Source: Escherichia coli (GTDB lineage: Bacteria > Pseudomonadota > Gammaproteobacteria > Enterobacterales > Enterobacteriaceae). Taken from it: DNA of 64,000 bases. Each line of letters begins with the position of its first letter. The stretch's first letter is position 1. Made by a program: the position numbers and the translations under genes. The stretch lies in assembly GCF_046105845.1 (NCBI RefSeq), contig NZ_CP151004.1; one strand, 5' to 3'. Below the pieces are notes generated by a model. It was not told the origin of the DNA, did no database searches, and saw nothing but the letters and a program-made list of their open reading frames with translations. This document shows positions 54,061 through 64,000 of the stretch, in pieces.

Positions 54061-55092
54061 ATGATCGCTGAACTGTTTACAAATAATGCGCTTAATCTGG
54101 TCATTATTTTCGGTAGCTGCGCAGCATTGATTCTGATGAGCTTTTGGTTTCGCCGCGGAAATCGTAAAAGAAAAGGGTTTTTATTCCATGCGGTGCAATT
54201 TTTAATCTACACCATAATTATCAGTGCTGTTGGTAGCATCATTAATTATGTTATAGAAAACTATAAACTCAAATTTATCACCCCAGGCGTTATCGATTTT
54301 ATCTGTACGTCCCTGATTGCGGTTATTCTGACGATTAAACTATTTCTGCTGATAAATCAGTTTGAAAAACAGCAGATTAAAAAAGGTCGCGATATCACCA
54401 GTGCGCGGATTATGTCGCGTATCATCAAAATCACCATTATTGTTGTGCTTGTTCTGCTTTATGGCGAACATTTCGGCATGAGCCTTTCTGGCTTGTTGAC
54501 CTTTGGTGGTATTGGTGGTCTGGCTGTCGGTATGGCCGGTAAAGATATTTTGAGTAACTTCTTTTCCGGGATTATGCTCTATTTCGACCGTCCTTTTAGT
54601 ATTGGCGACTGGATCCGTTCACCGGACAGAAATATCGAAGGTACAGTAGCGGAAATTGGCTGGCGAATTACCAAAATTACGACTTTTGATAATCGTCCGT
54701 TGTACGTACCGAACTCGCTGTTTTCGTCAATCAGCGTAGAAAACCCAGGACGAATGACCAACCGGCGCATTACCACGACCATTGGTTTACGTTATGAGGA
54801 TGCGGCAAAAGTGGGCGTTATTGTCGAAGCCGTACGTGAGATGCTGAAAAATCACCCGGCCATCGACCAGCGACAAACCTTACTGGTTTATTTCAACCAG
54901 TTTGCTGACTCTTCATTGAATATTATGGTTTATTGCTTTACCAAAACCACGGTATGGGCTGAATGGCTTGCTGCACAGCAAGACGTTTATTTGAAGATTA
55001 TCGATATTGTACAGTCACACGGCGCGGACTTTGCCTTCCCCAGCCAGACGCTGTATATGGATAACATTACACCGCCGGACCAGGGTCGCTAA
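54061..55092 (+). CDS. ynaI: Low-conductance mechanosensitive channel YnaI (MscS family)
   Basis: 343-aa ORF, MscS-type TM region and beta-domain; K-12 synteny. Confidence 0.9.
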   Translation: MIAELFTNNALNLVIIFGSCAALILMSFWFRRGNRKRKGFLFHAVQFLIYTIIISAVGSIINYVIENYKLKFITPGVIDFICTSLIAVILTIKLFLLINQFEKQQIKKGRDITSARIMSRIIKITIIVVLVLLYGEHFGMSLSGLLTFGGIGGLAVGMAGKDILSNFFSGIMLYFDRPFSIGDWIRSPDRNIEGTVAEIGWRITKITTFDNRPLYVPNSLFSSISVENPGRMTNRRITTTIGLRYEDAAKVGVIVEAVREMLKNHPAIDQRQTLLVYFNQFADSSLNIMVYCFTKTTVWAEWLAAQQDVYLKIIDIVQSHGADFAFPSQTLYMDNITPPDQGR

Positions 55093-55103
55093 ATCAGACA
55101 TCA

Positions 55104-55133
55104 CTGGCGTTATCCACAAGGGTAACGCCAGTT
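55104..55133. terminator. Hairpin between convergent ynaI and mppA (ctggcgtta-N10-taacgccag)
   Basis: 9-bp perfect inverted repeat in the 50-bp convergent intergenic region. Confidence 0.45.
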
Positions 55134-55142
55134 CCCATCACA

Positions 55143-56756
55143 TCAATGCTTCACAATATACATAGTCCGACTGTACGCCACATCTTCCGGGTTATTAATG
55201 GGATAACCTTTCAGCCACGGCTTGATTAATCGTCCATTGGTATATTGATAAATTGGTGCAATCGGTGCTTGCTCCATGAGGATTTTTTCTGCCGCGTTGT
55301 AATCGGCATTACGCGCTTTAACGGTATTTTCCGTCGATGCCTGGGCCAGAACTTTGTCATATGCCGGATTGTTAAAGCGTGAAATATTCCCGGAATGCGT
55401 TGACGTTAATAATGTCAGGAAAGTGGAGGGTTCATTATAATCCCCTACCCACGAGGCGCGGATAACATCAAAATTGCCGGTATTACGGCTATCGATATAG
55501 GTTTTCCATTCCTGGTTTTGCAATTTAACATCTACGCCCAGGTTCTTTTTCCACATCGATGCTACAGCAATCGCAATTTTTTGATGGTTTTCTGAAGTGT
55601 TATACAAAAGCGTCAGCTTCAGCGGTTTTTGCGGACCATAACCAGCGGCGCTCAACAAAGTTTTTGCCTGCGCATTCAGTTCTTCCTGACTCATTTGTTC
55701 AAACGGCGAAGGCTCCGGCGTAAAACCGGCAGTAACATCTGGTGTAAAATGCCACGCTGGCTTTTCCCCCGTCCCCAACACTTTTTCGGTCATCAGGCGG
55801 CGATCTATCGTCATACTTAATGCCAGGCGAACACGCTGATCGGCCGTCGGCCCTTTTTGCGTGTTAAACGCATAATAATAGGTCCCGAGCTGCGGCGGCG
55901 TATAAACCTGCCCCGGAATATCCTTCAACAGCTTCTGATACATATTTTTCGGGAAGGATTCGGTGATATCAATATCCCCCGCGAGGTAACGCTTAGTGGC
56001 TGCGGATTCCTGATTAATTGGCAGGAAGGTCACTTTTTGCAGTACCGTTTTGGCGTTATCCCAATAATGGGTATTCGGTACCACGACCAGTTTTTCATTG
56101 ACTACGCGCTCTTTAAGAACATAAGCGCCATTGCCGATCAGTTTTCCGGGTTTCGTCCACTCTTTACTGCTTTCTACGTTGGCTTTTTGCACCGGGAAGA
56201 AGGCAAAGTTAGCGGTTAAATTCACAAACCACGGCAACGGTTTATCAAGCTGAATTTTCAAAGTATGGGCATCAACTGCGGTGACGCCAAGCTGGTCAGG
56301 CGTAGCTTTACCATCAATAATCGCCTGTGCGTTGTTGATTCCCGCCAGCGCGGCAAACCATGCAAATGGCGATAGCGTTTTCGGGTCCACCAGACGCTGC
56401 CAGCTGTAGACAAAATCTTGCGCCGTTACCGGTGTGCCATCCGCCCATTTTGCGTTATCGCGCAGGGTAAAAGTCCAGATACGGTTGTCATTACTTTTCC
56501 ACTGAGTCGCAACGCCGGGGACAATCTCCCCTTTCTCGTTCTGATTCACCAGTCCTTCAAACAGATCGCGAATGACCTGTATCTCCGGCAGGCCCACGGC
56601 TTTAGCGGGATCCAGCGACGCTGGCTCATCTTTAATGTGGCGCACCAGCTCCTGCTTCTCTGCCAGTACTGTGCCGCTCGGAACTTCTGCAGCATACGAA
56701 AGAGAAATGCTGCTGACCAACAGCGCACAACACGTGACTGAAACAGAGTGCTTCAT
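55143..56756 (-). CDS. mppA: Periplasmic murein tripeptide-binding protein MppA (OppA paralog, SBP family 5)
   Basis: Start trimmed to MKHSVSVTCCALLVSSISLSYA (signal peptide); 537 aa. Confidence 0.9.
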   Translation of the reverse strand: MKHSVSVTCCALLVSSISLSYAAEVPSGTVLAEKQELVRHIKDEPASLDPAKAVGLPEIQVIRDLFEGLVNQNEKGEIVPGVATQWKSNDNRIWTFTLRDNAKWADGTPVTAQDFVYSWQRLVDPKTLSPFAWFAALAGINNAQAIIDGKATPDQLGVTAVDAHTLKIQLDKPLPWFVNLTANFAFFPVQKANVESSKEWTKPGKLIGNGAYVLKERVVNEKLVVVPNTHYWDNAKTVLQKVTFLPINQESAATKRYLAGDIDITESFPKNMYQKLLKDIPGQVYTPPQLGTYYYAFNTQKGPTADQRVRLALSMTIDRRLMTEKVLGTGEKPAWHFTPDVTAGFTPEPSPFEQMSQEELNAQAKTLLSAAGYGPQKPLKLTLLYNTSENHQKIAIAVASMWKKNLGVDVKLQNQEWKTYIDSRNTGNFDVIRASWVGDYNEPSTFLTLLTSTHSGNISRFNNPAYDKVLAQASTENTVKARNADYNAAEKILMEQAPIAPIYQYTNGRLIKPWLKGYPINNPEDVAYSRTMYIVKH

Positions 56757-57092
56757 AAGTTTCCCTCTAACCGACATTAAAATTGATGCGTAATTATTTG
56801 TTTCGCCTTAAAGGAATGCAAACAACTTCCATCAAAAAAGTGACAAAGGAAGCATCAAATGTTTTAAGTATCAATATATCAAATCAGATTTAGTGTAAAT
56901 AATAGTCTCCAAAATGCGGTAAAGCACATAGAACTCCGAACACTACGTTCGGGCTTCGCACGTTCAAACCCGTTTTCGGTATCATAATCAGCATCTGTCG
57001 CCATTGTACGAAGAATAAAAAATGACCAAAACGTTGAAAGGAACTGAGAATACGTTAAGAGAAGAATTAAATTAATGTATCAGCAAGTAGTG

Positions 57093-57992
57093 CTAAACAG
57101 CACCTTTATACTTCAGCCTATCTATAAATAATGAGAATGCCGAGCCTGCATGTCGACGGTGTGGATAGTACAGGTGATAACCGGGTAAATCTGGTGTGAA
57201 TTTATCCAAAACACGTATCAGTTTTTTTTCTTTAATAGCCCGCTCAACCTGATCATAAGGTAGATACGCCAATCCATGCCCATCAATTGCAGCATCAATG
57301 ATCAGGTCTATCGTATTCAGTAAAAGCTGACCTTCCATGCGAACACGAACTTCACGTCCACCGCGTATTAATCTCCAGCGATTTGCTGTACCCGATGTGG
57401 GAAGATACAAATTAATTGCCTGATGATCTATTAATTGTGACACTGACGTTGGAGCACTTCGACGAGAAAAATAATCCGGTGAGCCAACAATAGCCATTGG
57501 TATATCTGGCCCGATTCGAATGGCGATCATATCTTTATCCATCTCCCCACCCAGACGGACGCCTGCATCAAAACGTTCAGAAACGACATCGGTCAAACCA
57601 TAATCAATGGTAAGCTGGATATCAATTTCAGGATGCGATTTCAGGAATGTGCGCATAGCTGGTAACAATATCGTTTTTGCTGCATGTTCTACAGTAGTAA
57701 TACGTATTGTCCCGGATGGGCGGTTCTGCAGATCGCTCAGGGATGTCAGGGCAGAATCTATGTCATGCAACATAGGGCCAAGAACAGACAAAAGATGCTC
57801 GCCCGCTTCAGTGGGAACAACGCTGCGCGTGGTTCGCGTCAGAAGCCGCAATCCTAATCGTTCTTCTATACGGCGCACTATCTGGCTTAAAGCTGACTGC
57901 GCCATGCTCAGGCGGGCTGCTGCGCGAGTGAAGCTACGCTCCTCTGCAACGACGACAAACGCCATCAGATCAGCGATTTCTTCACGCTTCAT
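57093..57992 (-). CDS. pgrR: LysR-family regulator YcjZ/PgrR
   Basis: 299-aa ORF with LysR HTH (FTRAAARLSMAQSALSQIVRRIEERLG). Confidence 0.85.
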   Translation of the reverse strand: MKREEIADLMAFVVVAEERSFTRAAARLSMAQSALSQIVRRIEERLGLRLLTRTTRSVVPTEAGEHLLSVLGPMLHDIDSALTSLSDLQNRPSGTIRITTVEHAAKTILLPAMRTFLKSHPEIDIQLTIDYGLTDVVSERFDAGVRLGGEMDKDMIAIRIGPDIPMAIVGSPDYFSRRSAPTSVSQLIDHQAINLYLPTSGTANRWRLIRGGREVRVRMEGQLLLNTIDLIIDAAIDGHGLAYLPYDQVERAIKEKKLIRVLDKFTPDLPGYHLYYPHRRHAGSAFSLFIDRLKYKGAV

Positions 57993-58129
57993 TCAGTATC
58001 TCCATACAATCTATTAATCATTTAAATGATAGGTCTAATCATGATTTTGGGTCTAATCAACTTAATGATCAATATCTATAGTGATATCACCAACCGTCAA
58101 AACGAACCGACAACTCCATGAGGAACGGA

Positions 58130-59050
58130 ATGATGAATAATAAAGTCAGCTTCACTAACAGCAATAATCCAACCATCTCTTTGTCTGCAGTGATCTATTT
58201 CCCTCCAAAATTTGATGAAACCCGTCAGTATCCGGCAATTGTGGTATCTCACCCAGGTGGGGGCGTTAAAGAGCAAACGGCCGGAACCTATGCCGAAAAA
58301 CTGGCGGAAAAGGGATTTGTCACTATTGCTTATGACGCATCTTATCAAGGTGAAAGCGGCGGCGAGCCGCGTCAGTTAGAAAACCCATACATTCGTACTG
58401 AAGACGTCAGTGCCGTGATTGATTACCTGACAACGCTTTCTTATGTCGACAATACCCGAATTGGTGCGATGGGAATTTGTGCCGGTGCAGGATATACAGC
58501 CAATGCTGCAATTCAGGATCGCCGCATCAAGGCCATCGGTACCGTTAGTGCGGTCAATATTGGTTCGATGTTCCGTAATGGTTGGGAAAACAATGTGAAA
58601 TCTATTGATGCCCTACCATACGTTGACGCAGGTTCAAACGCCCGAACCAGCGATATTAGCAGCGGAGAATACGCCACTATGCCACTGGCACCAATGAAGG
58701 AGTCCGATGCGCCGAACGAAGAACTGCGTCAGGCCTGGGAGTATTACCACACCCCTCGCGCGCAGTATCCAACAGCACCGGGTTACGCTACTTTGCGCAG
58801 CCTTAACCAGATTATTACCTATGATGCTTACCATATGGCGGAAGTGTACCTGACTCAGCCGATACAGATTGTGGCGGGCAGCCAGGCAGGGAGCAAATGG
58901 ATGAGTGACGACCTGTACGATCGAGCATCAAGCCAGGATAAACGCTATCACATTGTTGAAGGCGCAAACCATATGGATCTTTATGACGGCAAAGTCTATG
59001 TGGCTGAAGCAATTTCAGTATTAGCTCCGTTCTTTGAGGAAACTCTGTAA
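58130..59050 (+). CDS. ycjY: Alpha/beta hydrolase (dienelactone hydrolase-like) YcjY
   Basis: About 306-aa product; catalytic Ser motif GICAGAGY; start approximate. Confidence 0.82.
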   Translation: MMNNKVSFTNSNNPTISLSAVIYFPPKFDETRQYPAIVVSHPGGGVKEQTAGTYAEKLAEKGFVTIAYDASYQGESGGEPRQLENPYIRTEDVSAVIDYLTTLSYVDNTRIGAMGICAGAGYTANAAIQDRRIKAIGTVSAVNIGSMFRNGWENNVKSIDALPYVDAGSNARTSDISSGEYATMPLAPMKESDAPNEELRQAWEYYHTPRAQYPTAPGYATLRSLNQIITYDAYHMAEVYLTQPIQIVAGSQAGSKWMSDDLYDRASSQDKRYHIVEGANHMDLYDGKVYVAEAISVLAPFFEETL

Positions 59051-59120
59051 TGAAACATATTCAAATCCGCAATAGTGATATGGCCTGGCATATTACTGCC
59101 AATAATCTGGGAAAAGTTTC

Positions 59121-59759
59121 ATGAAAAATGTACTGATTCTTGGTGCTGGCGGTCAGATAGCCCGCCATGTGATTAATCAACTGGCAGATAAACAAACCAT
59201 TAAACAAACTTTATTTGCCCGTCAGCCAGCAAAAATCCACAAACCCTATCCAACTAATAGCAAGATTATTATGGGGGATGTACTGAATCATGCAACACTG
59301 AAGCAGGCCATACAGGGACAGGATGTTGTGTATGCCAACCTTACGGGGGAAGATTTAGATATTCAGGCAAATTCAGTGATCGCTGCGATGAAAGCCTGTG
59401 ATGTTAAACGTCTGATCTTTGTTCTTTCCCTCGGTATTTATGATGAAGTTCCAGGAAAATTTGGCGAATGGAATAATGCAGTTATTGGTGAACCCCTAAA
59501 ACCATTCCGCAGGGCTGCGGATGCAATTGAGGCTTCTGGACTGGAATATACAATTCTTCGCCCTGCCTGGCTGACCGATGAAGATATTATTGATTATGAG
59601 CTTACCTCACGCAATGAACCATTCAAAGGTACGATCGTATCACGTAAGAGTGTCGCAGCATTAATTACAGATATCATCGATAAACCTGAGAAACACATTG
59701 GTGAGAATATAGGCATCAATCAACCCGGGACTGATGGTGATAAGCCATTCTTCATGTAA
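59121..59759 (+). CDS. ymjC: NAD(P)-binding Rossmann-fold protein (NmrA/atypical SDR-like), intact 212 aa; corresponds to the ymjC/ymjD locus
   Basis: N-terminal GAGGQIARH dinucleotide-binding motif; single uninterrupted ORF between ycjY and mpaA. Confidence 0.7.
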   Translation: MKNVLILGAGGQIARHVINQLADKQTIKQTLFARQPAKIHKPYPTNSKIIMGDVLNHATLKQAIQGQDVVYANLTGEDLDIQANSVIAAMKACDVKRLIFVLSLGIYDEVPGKFGEWNNAVIGEPLKPFRRAADAIEASGLEYTILRPAWLTDEDIIDYELTSRNEPFKGTIVSRKSVAALITDIIDKPEKHIGENIGINQPGTDGDKPFFM

Positions 59760-60049
59760 ATCAATTATATAGCTACCATCGTACTGTACTATGTGCAGTA
59801 CGATTTATTAAACTTATTAAGGTGAACTGATCAATCAGATGCGATTAACATGTGTAGAACCAGTAAGAATAAAATACGCCATGTATATAACATTACGACA
59901 ATTCTAATATCTGCACATCAATGAAAATGCAAACAACTTCCGGCAAAAAGGTGATACAAGATCGATGACATAGCGTTGAAGAAAAGGATTTGATAATCCG
60001 CAAAATTTGCACAACACTGCCTGTAATACTTCCTGAACCAGAGACGATC

Positions 60050-60778
60050 ATGACCGTAACTCGCCCACGCGCCGAACGCGGCGCATTTCCGCCCGGAACA
60101 GAACATTACGGACGTTCATTATTGGGCGCGCCGTTAATCTGGTTTCCGGCCCCTGCAGCCAGTCACGAAAGTGGTTTGATTCTGGCTGGCACTCACGGTG
60201 ATGAAAACTCTTCGATCGTCACGCTCTCCTGTGCTCTGCGGACGTTGACACCTTCTTTGCGCCGTCATCATGTGGTGCTGTGTGTGAATCCTGACGGCTG
60301 CCAGTTGGGGTTAAGGGCCAATGCTAATGGTGTGGATTTAAACAGAAACTTTCCGGCGGCGAACTGGAAGGAAGGTGAAACCGTTTATCGCTGGAACAGC
60401 GCCGCTGAAGAACGTGATGTCGTATTGCTGACAGGTGACAAACCTGGCTCCGAACCTGAAACCCAGGCGCTGTGCCAGCTTATACACCGCATTCAACCTG
60501 CCTGGGTGGTCTCATTCCACGATCCGCTGGCCTGTATTGAAGATCCCAGACACAGCGAATTAGGCGAATGGCTGGCCCAGGCGTTTGAATTGCCTCTGGT
60601 AACCAGCGTCGGTTATGAAACACCTGGCTCTTTCGGTAGTTGGTGTGCGGATCTCAACCTACATTGCATCACCGCAGAGTTTCCCCCCATCTCCTCCGAC
60701 GAAGCCAGCGAAAAATATCTCTTTGCGATGGCAAACTTGCTGCGCTGGCATCCTAAAGATGCAATTCGCCCGTCGTGA
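60050..60778 (+). CDS. mpaA: Murein peptide amidase A (gamma-D-Glu-Dap amidase, M14 carboxypeptidase family)
   Basis: Start trimmed to MTVTRPRAERGAF (242 aa); zinc-ligand motif HGDEN. Confidence 0.85.
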   Translation: MTVTRPRAERGAFPPGTEHYGRSLLGAPLIWFPAPAASHESGLILAGTHGDENSSIVTLSCALRTLTPSLRRHHVVLCVNPDGCQLGLRANANGVDLNRNFPAANWKEGETVYRWNSAAEERDVVLLTGDKPGSEPETQALCQLIHRIQPAWVVSFHDPLACIEDPRHSELGEWLAQAFELPLVTSVGYETPGSFGSWCADLNLHCITAEFPPISSDEASEKYLFAMANLLRWHPKDAIRPS

Positions 60779-61718
60779 ACTGAAGCGCCGGTTCCACATC
60801 TACCGCCAGCCAGGTCGGTCCGTCAAGATCGGCGAAACTGACCTGCGGCACCAGCGGTAAAGCGGCGCTAATGGCACGAGAGGTACACAACATGCAGCCC
60901 AGCATCAGACTAAAACCTTGTGCACGTGCTTCAGTCGCCAGCGCCAGCGCTTCCGTCAGGCCACCCGTTTTATCGAGCTTAATGTTAACCATCTCATAGC
61001 GCCCTTTCAGCGCCTTCAGATTGCTACGAGTATGACAACTTTCATCTGCACAAATCGGTAACGGATGAATAAAATTCTCCAGTGCCGCATCGTCCTGCGC
61101 AGGGAGCGGTTGTTCAAGCATCGCAACGCCTAAATCCGCCAATAGCTGGCAACGCGCCGCCAACCCTTCTGCACGCCAGGATTCATTTGCGTCAACGATC
61201 AGCGTCGCATCGGGCACAGCTGTGCGAATTGCCACCATCCGCTCACTGATAAGATGGTTATCCAGCTTCACTTTCAGTAATTTCGCGCCTGCCTGCCAGA
61301 GTGTTGATGCACCATTGGCCATCTGATCAGGCGTACCGATGACTACCGTCTGGGCAGTGGTAACTATCTCGGGAAGCGTTACGCCAATCAAATCAGCCAG
61401 CGATTGCTGCTGTTTTCGCGCCGCCAGATCCCACAATGCACAATCCAGCGCATTACGTGCTGCGCCGGCAGGGAGAATTTTTTGCAACTCCTCCCGTGTC
61501 AGCCCTTTCTCTATTTGCGGCACGACGCTCATAATTTGCGCCATTACCGAGGCATCACTTTCTCCATAGCGCGGATACGGCGTGCATTCACCGGTGCCTT
61601 TAATACCCTCTTCTTCCAGTTCAACCACCACCACGCGCGCTTCACTGCGACTTCCCCGAGCAATCACAAACGGGGTATGTAAGGGCCAGGCTTCCTCAAA
61701 TACCTTAACGGTTCTCAT
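60753..61718 (-). CDS. ycjG: L-Ala-D/L-Glu epimerase YcjG (enolase superfamily)
   Basis: Start trimmed to MRTVKVFEEAWPLHTPF (321 aa); 3' end overlaps mpaA 3' end. Confidence 0.85.
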   Translation of the reverse strand: MRTVKVFEEAWPLHTPFVIARGSRSEARVVVVELEEEGIKGTGECTPYPRYGESDASVMAQIMSVVPQIEKGLTREELQKILPAGAARNALDCALWDLAARKQQQSLADLIGVTLPEIVTTAQTVVIGTPDQMANGASTLWQAGAKLLKVKLDNHLISERMVAIRTAVPDATLIVDANESWRAEGLAARCQLLADLGVAMLEQPLPAQDDAALENFIHPLPICADESCHTRSNLKALKGRYEMVNIKLDKTGGLTEALALATEARAQGFSLMLGCMLCTSRAISAALPLVPQVSFADLDGPTWLAVDVEPALQFTTGELHL

Positions 61719-61836
61719 CTTTACTCCTTGTTGTCGCAGTGGTCTGCGGATTAAGCGCAAATAGCGTTTGCTGTGTTATTGACAGTTAGCATAAACTAGG
61801 TGTGACGTTAACTATATGTAAACAGGAAAGATAATC

Positions 61837-62343
61837 ATGTCACAAACCGTTCATTTCCAGGGCAACCCGGTTACAGTCGCCAATTCCATCCCGCAGGCGG
61901 GTAGCAAAGCGCAGACTTTTACTCTCGTGGCAAAAGATCTGTCTGACGTCACCCTCGGTCAGTTTGCGGGTAAACGCAAAGTGCTGAACATTTTCCCGAG
62001 TATTGATACCGGTGTTTGCGCCGCATCAGTACGTAAGTTTAACCAACTGGCAACCGAGATCGACAACACCGTTGTGCTGTGTATCTCTGCCGATCTGCCG
62101 TTCGCCCAGTCTCGTTTCTGCGGCGCAGAAGGTCTGAACAACGTTATCACCCTCTCCACTTTCCGTAACGCTGAATTCCTGCAAGCCTACGGTGTGGCAA
62201 TTGCTGATGGCCCACTGAAAGGTCTGGCAGCGCGTGCCGTTGTGGTTATTGATGAAAATGACAATGTGATTTTCAGCCAGCTGGTGGATGAAATCACCAC
62301 CGAGCCGGATTACGAAGCAGCTCTGGCTGTACTGAAAGCATAA
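61837..62343 (+). CDS. tpx: Thiol peroxidase Tpx (atypical 2-Cys peroxiredoxin)
   Basis: 168-aa ORF with peroxidatic Cys motif (SIDTGVCA). Confidence 0.95.
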   Translation: MSQTVHFQGNPVTVANSIPQAGSKAQTFTLVAKDLSDVTLGQFAGKRKVLNIFPSIDTGVCAASVRKFNQLATEIDNTVVLCISADLPFAQSRFCGAEGLNNVITLSTFRNAEFLQAYGVAIADGPLKGLAARAVVVIDENDNVIFSQLVDEITTEPDYEAALAVLKA

Positions 62344-62348
62344 GTTAA

Positions 62349-62380
62349 TATGCCTGATGGTGTTGCACCATCAGGCATAT
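62349..62380. terminator. Bidirectional hairpin between convergent tpx and tyrR (atgcctgatggtg-N4-caccatcaggcat)
   Basis: 13-bp perfect inverted repeat. Confidence 0.65.
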
Positions 62381-62386
62381 TCGCGC

Positions 62387-63928
62387 TTACTCTTCGTTCT
62401 TCTTCTGACTCAGACCGTATTCCCGCAACTTATTGGCAATCGCGGTATGCGAAACGCCCAGGCGTTTTGCCAGTTTGCGCGTGCTGGGATAATTGCGATA
62501 AAGCTGGGTTAATACCGAGCGTTCAAAACGGCTGGTGATTTCGTCCAGCGAACCTTCCATCGCATCTTCGCCCACGGCTACCGTTGCGGCGTCATAATCC
62601 GGTAACAAAATATCCTGTGGACGCAGCTCATAACCGTCCAGTTGTGTTAGTGCGCGATAAATAGCGTTCTTTAACTGCCGCACATTTCCCGGCCACGCAT
62701 AACGCGTAAGTACAGTATTCAGGTCAGCGGCCAGTTTCGGACGCGGCACGCCCTGCTCGTCGGCAAAGCGGGCGACGAACAGCTCGGTTAACGGCATGAT
62801 GTCCTGCGGACAGTCACGTAGCGGCGGCAGATTGAGCGTCAACACGTTCAGACGATAATAGAGATCTTCACGGAACACGCCTTTTTGCACCAGTTCGACC
62901 AGATTCTTCTGCGTCGCGCAAATCACCCGCACATCGACATGCACCTCATGGTCTTCGCCAACCCGACGGAAAGTGCCATCATTAAGGAAACGCAGTAATT
63001 TCGCCTGCATCCGTGGTGACATCTCACCTATTTCATCCAGCAGTACCGAACCACCGTTCGCCTGCTCAAAGAATCCTTTCTTCCCTTCCGGAGCATGACC
63101 AAACAGCTCACTCTCGACCGCATCTTCCGGTATAGACGCACAGTTCAGCGCCAGGTAAGGTTTGCTCGCTCTGGGGCTTGCCTGATGGCAGGCGTAGGCA
63201 AAGAGATCTTTACCTGTACCTGTGTCACCCGTAATCAGCAGCGGCGCGCTTAGCATCGCCAGTTTCTGCGCCTGTTCGACAACATGCTTCATTTTCGGGC
63301 TGACGGCGACAATTTGACTAAAGGCGCTGACGTCCTGGGCGGCGACATTTTGCAACTGGCGGCCCATACGAATCGTTGATCGCAACATCACCACCGCACC
63401 GGTCAGGACGTGTTGATCATTTTCATCCTGAAGATAAACAGGCGTAATCTCCATCAGGAAATTCTGCCCATTAATAACGACATGCTCGTTATGGGAATCC
63501 TGCGGTTCGCTTTCCAGCCAGCGTAAAAAATTAAAGCCGTTAATCAATTGCGCGGCGGTATGGTTGCGCAGACGATCCAATTTTTGCCCAAAAAGCTGAC
63601 AGCTCGCCGGGTTCGCCATATCCACTTTGCTTTTCATATCGACAGAGAGCACAGGTTCAGGCAACGCTTCCAGTAACGCGCTCAACGCCAGATGCTCACG
63701 TTCAGAAGGCATCCACGGGACAGTACGGACATCGGTAACACCTGCAATACGGCGTATTTCGGCCATCAGACTGCTGAAACTCTCAAACTCCAGTTCAGCA
63801 AAATTGAGGTAGATTCGCCCAATGGGGTCAATCTCAATACCGCGTAAATCAATGCCTCTTAGCACGAGTAGATCGAGTAATTCGCGGGTCAGACCGAGTC
63901 GGTCTTCACAAAAGACTTCCAGACGCAT
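62387..63928 (-). CDS. tyrR: Aromatic amino acid regulator TyrR (sigma-54-type AAA+ domain with C-terminal HTH)
   Basis: Start trimmed to MRLEVFCEDRLGLTRELLDLL (513 aa); Walker A GDTGTGKD. Confidence 0.92.
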   Translation of the reverse strand: MRLEVFCEDRLGLTRELLDLLVLRGIDLRGIEIDPIGRIYLNFAELEFESFSSLMAEIRRIAGVTDVRTVPWMPSEREHLALSALLEALPEPVLSVDMKSKVDMANPASCQLFGQKLDRLRNHTAAQLINGFNFLRWLESEPQDSHNEHVVINGQNFLMEITPVYLQDENDQHVLTGAVVMLRSTIRMGRQLQNVAAQDVSAFSQIVAVSPKMKHVVEQAQKLAMLSAPLLITGDTGTGKDLFAYACHQASPRASKPYLALNCASIPEDAVESELFGHAPEGKKGFFEQANGGSVLLDEIGEMSPRMQAKLLRFLNDGTFRRVGEDHEVHVDVRVICATQKNLVELVQKGVFREDLYYRLNVLTLNLPPLRDCPQDIMPLTELFVARFADEQGVPRPKLAADLNTVLTRYAWPGNVRQLKNAIYRALTQLDGYELRPQDILLPDYDAATVAVGEDAMEGSLDEITSRFERSVLTQLYRNYPSTRKLAKRLGVSHTAIANKLREYGLSQKKNEE

Positions 63929-64000
63929 GGGAACCTTCACCTGAAAAAAGAACAATTAATATGATGATATGACACTATTTGGATAGCAGGAAGGTTTCTG

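Noticed and set aside
54026-54064. 12-codon upstream ORF ([12 protein letters not shown]) overlapping the ynaI start codon
   Set aside because: No ribosome-binding site; the ggaggag inside it is better explained as the ynaI Shine-Dalgarno.

Overview
This window reads as a 64-kb stretch of Escherichia coli core chromosome, collinear with the K-12 MG1655 ydcN-to-tyrR interval (about 1.39-1.51 Mb) but in reverse orientation; all K-12 comparisons are from memory, not a search. It is densely coding (about 60 genes), with four recognisable small RNAs (rydC, micC, fnrS, mcaS), the hokB/mokB type I toxin locus, one REP element and several hairpin terminators. I found no rRNA, tRNA, CRISPR array, IS element, integrase or prophage. 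The architecture differs from K-12 in several places: a 3.7-kb AT-rich three-gene efflux locus (AraC regulator, membrane-fusion protein, DHA2 MFS pump) sits between smrA and mcaS; the feaR-feaB-tynA-paaZ-paaA..K-paaX block is reduced to two head-to-head 5'-truncated fragments next to an intact paaY; ydbD-ynbABCD, ydbA, IS609 and the Rac prophage are absent; and gapC and the ymjC-like gene are intact. Beyond that, two things are worth a second look: a 57-codon proline-rich ORF with a strong Shine-Dalgarno directly upstream of dbpA, and a roughly 35-bp near-identical motif upstream of both murein-peptide genes mppA and mpaA. I see no clear evidence of a novel multi-gene system such as a defence island; the efflux locus is the only accessory module. 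Gene starts were trimmed from the ORF track where the longest ORF clearly over-extends.
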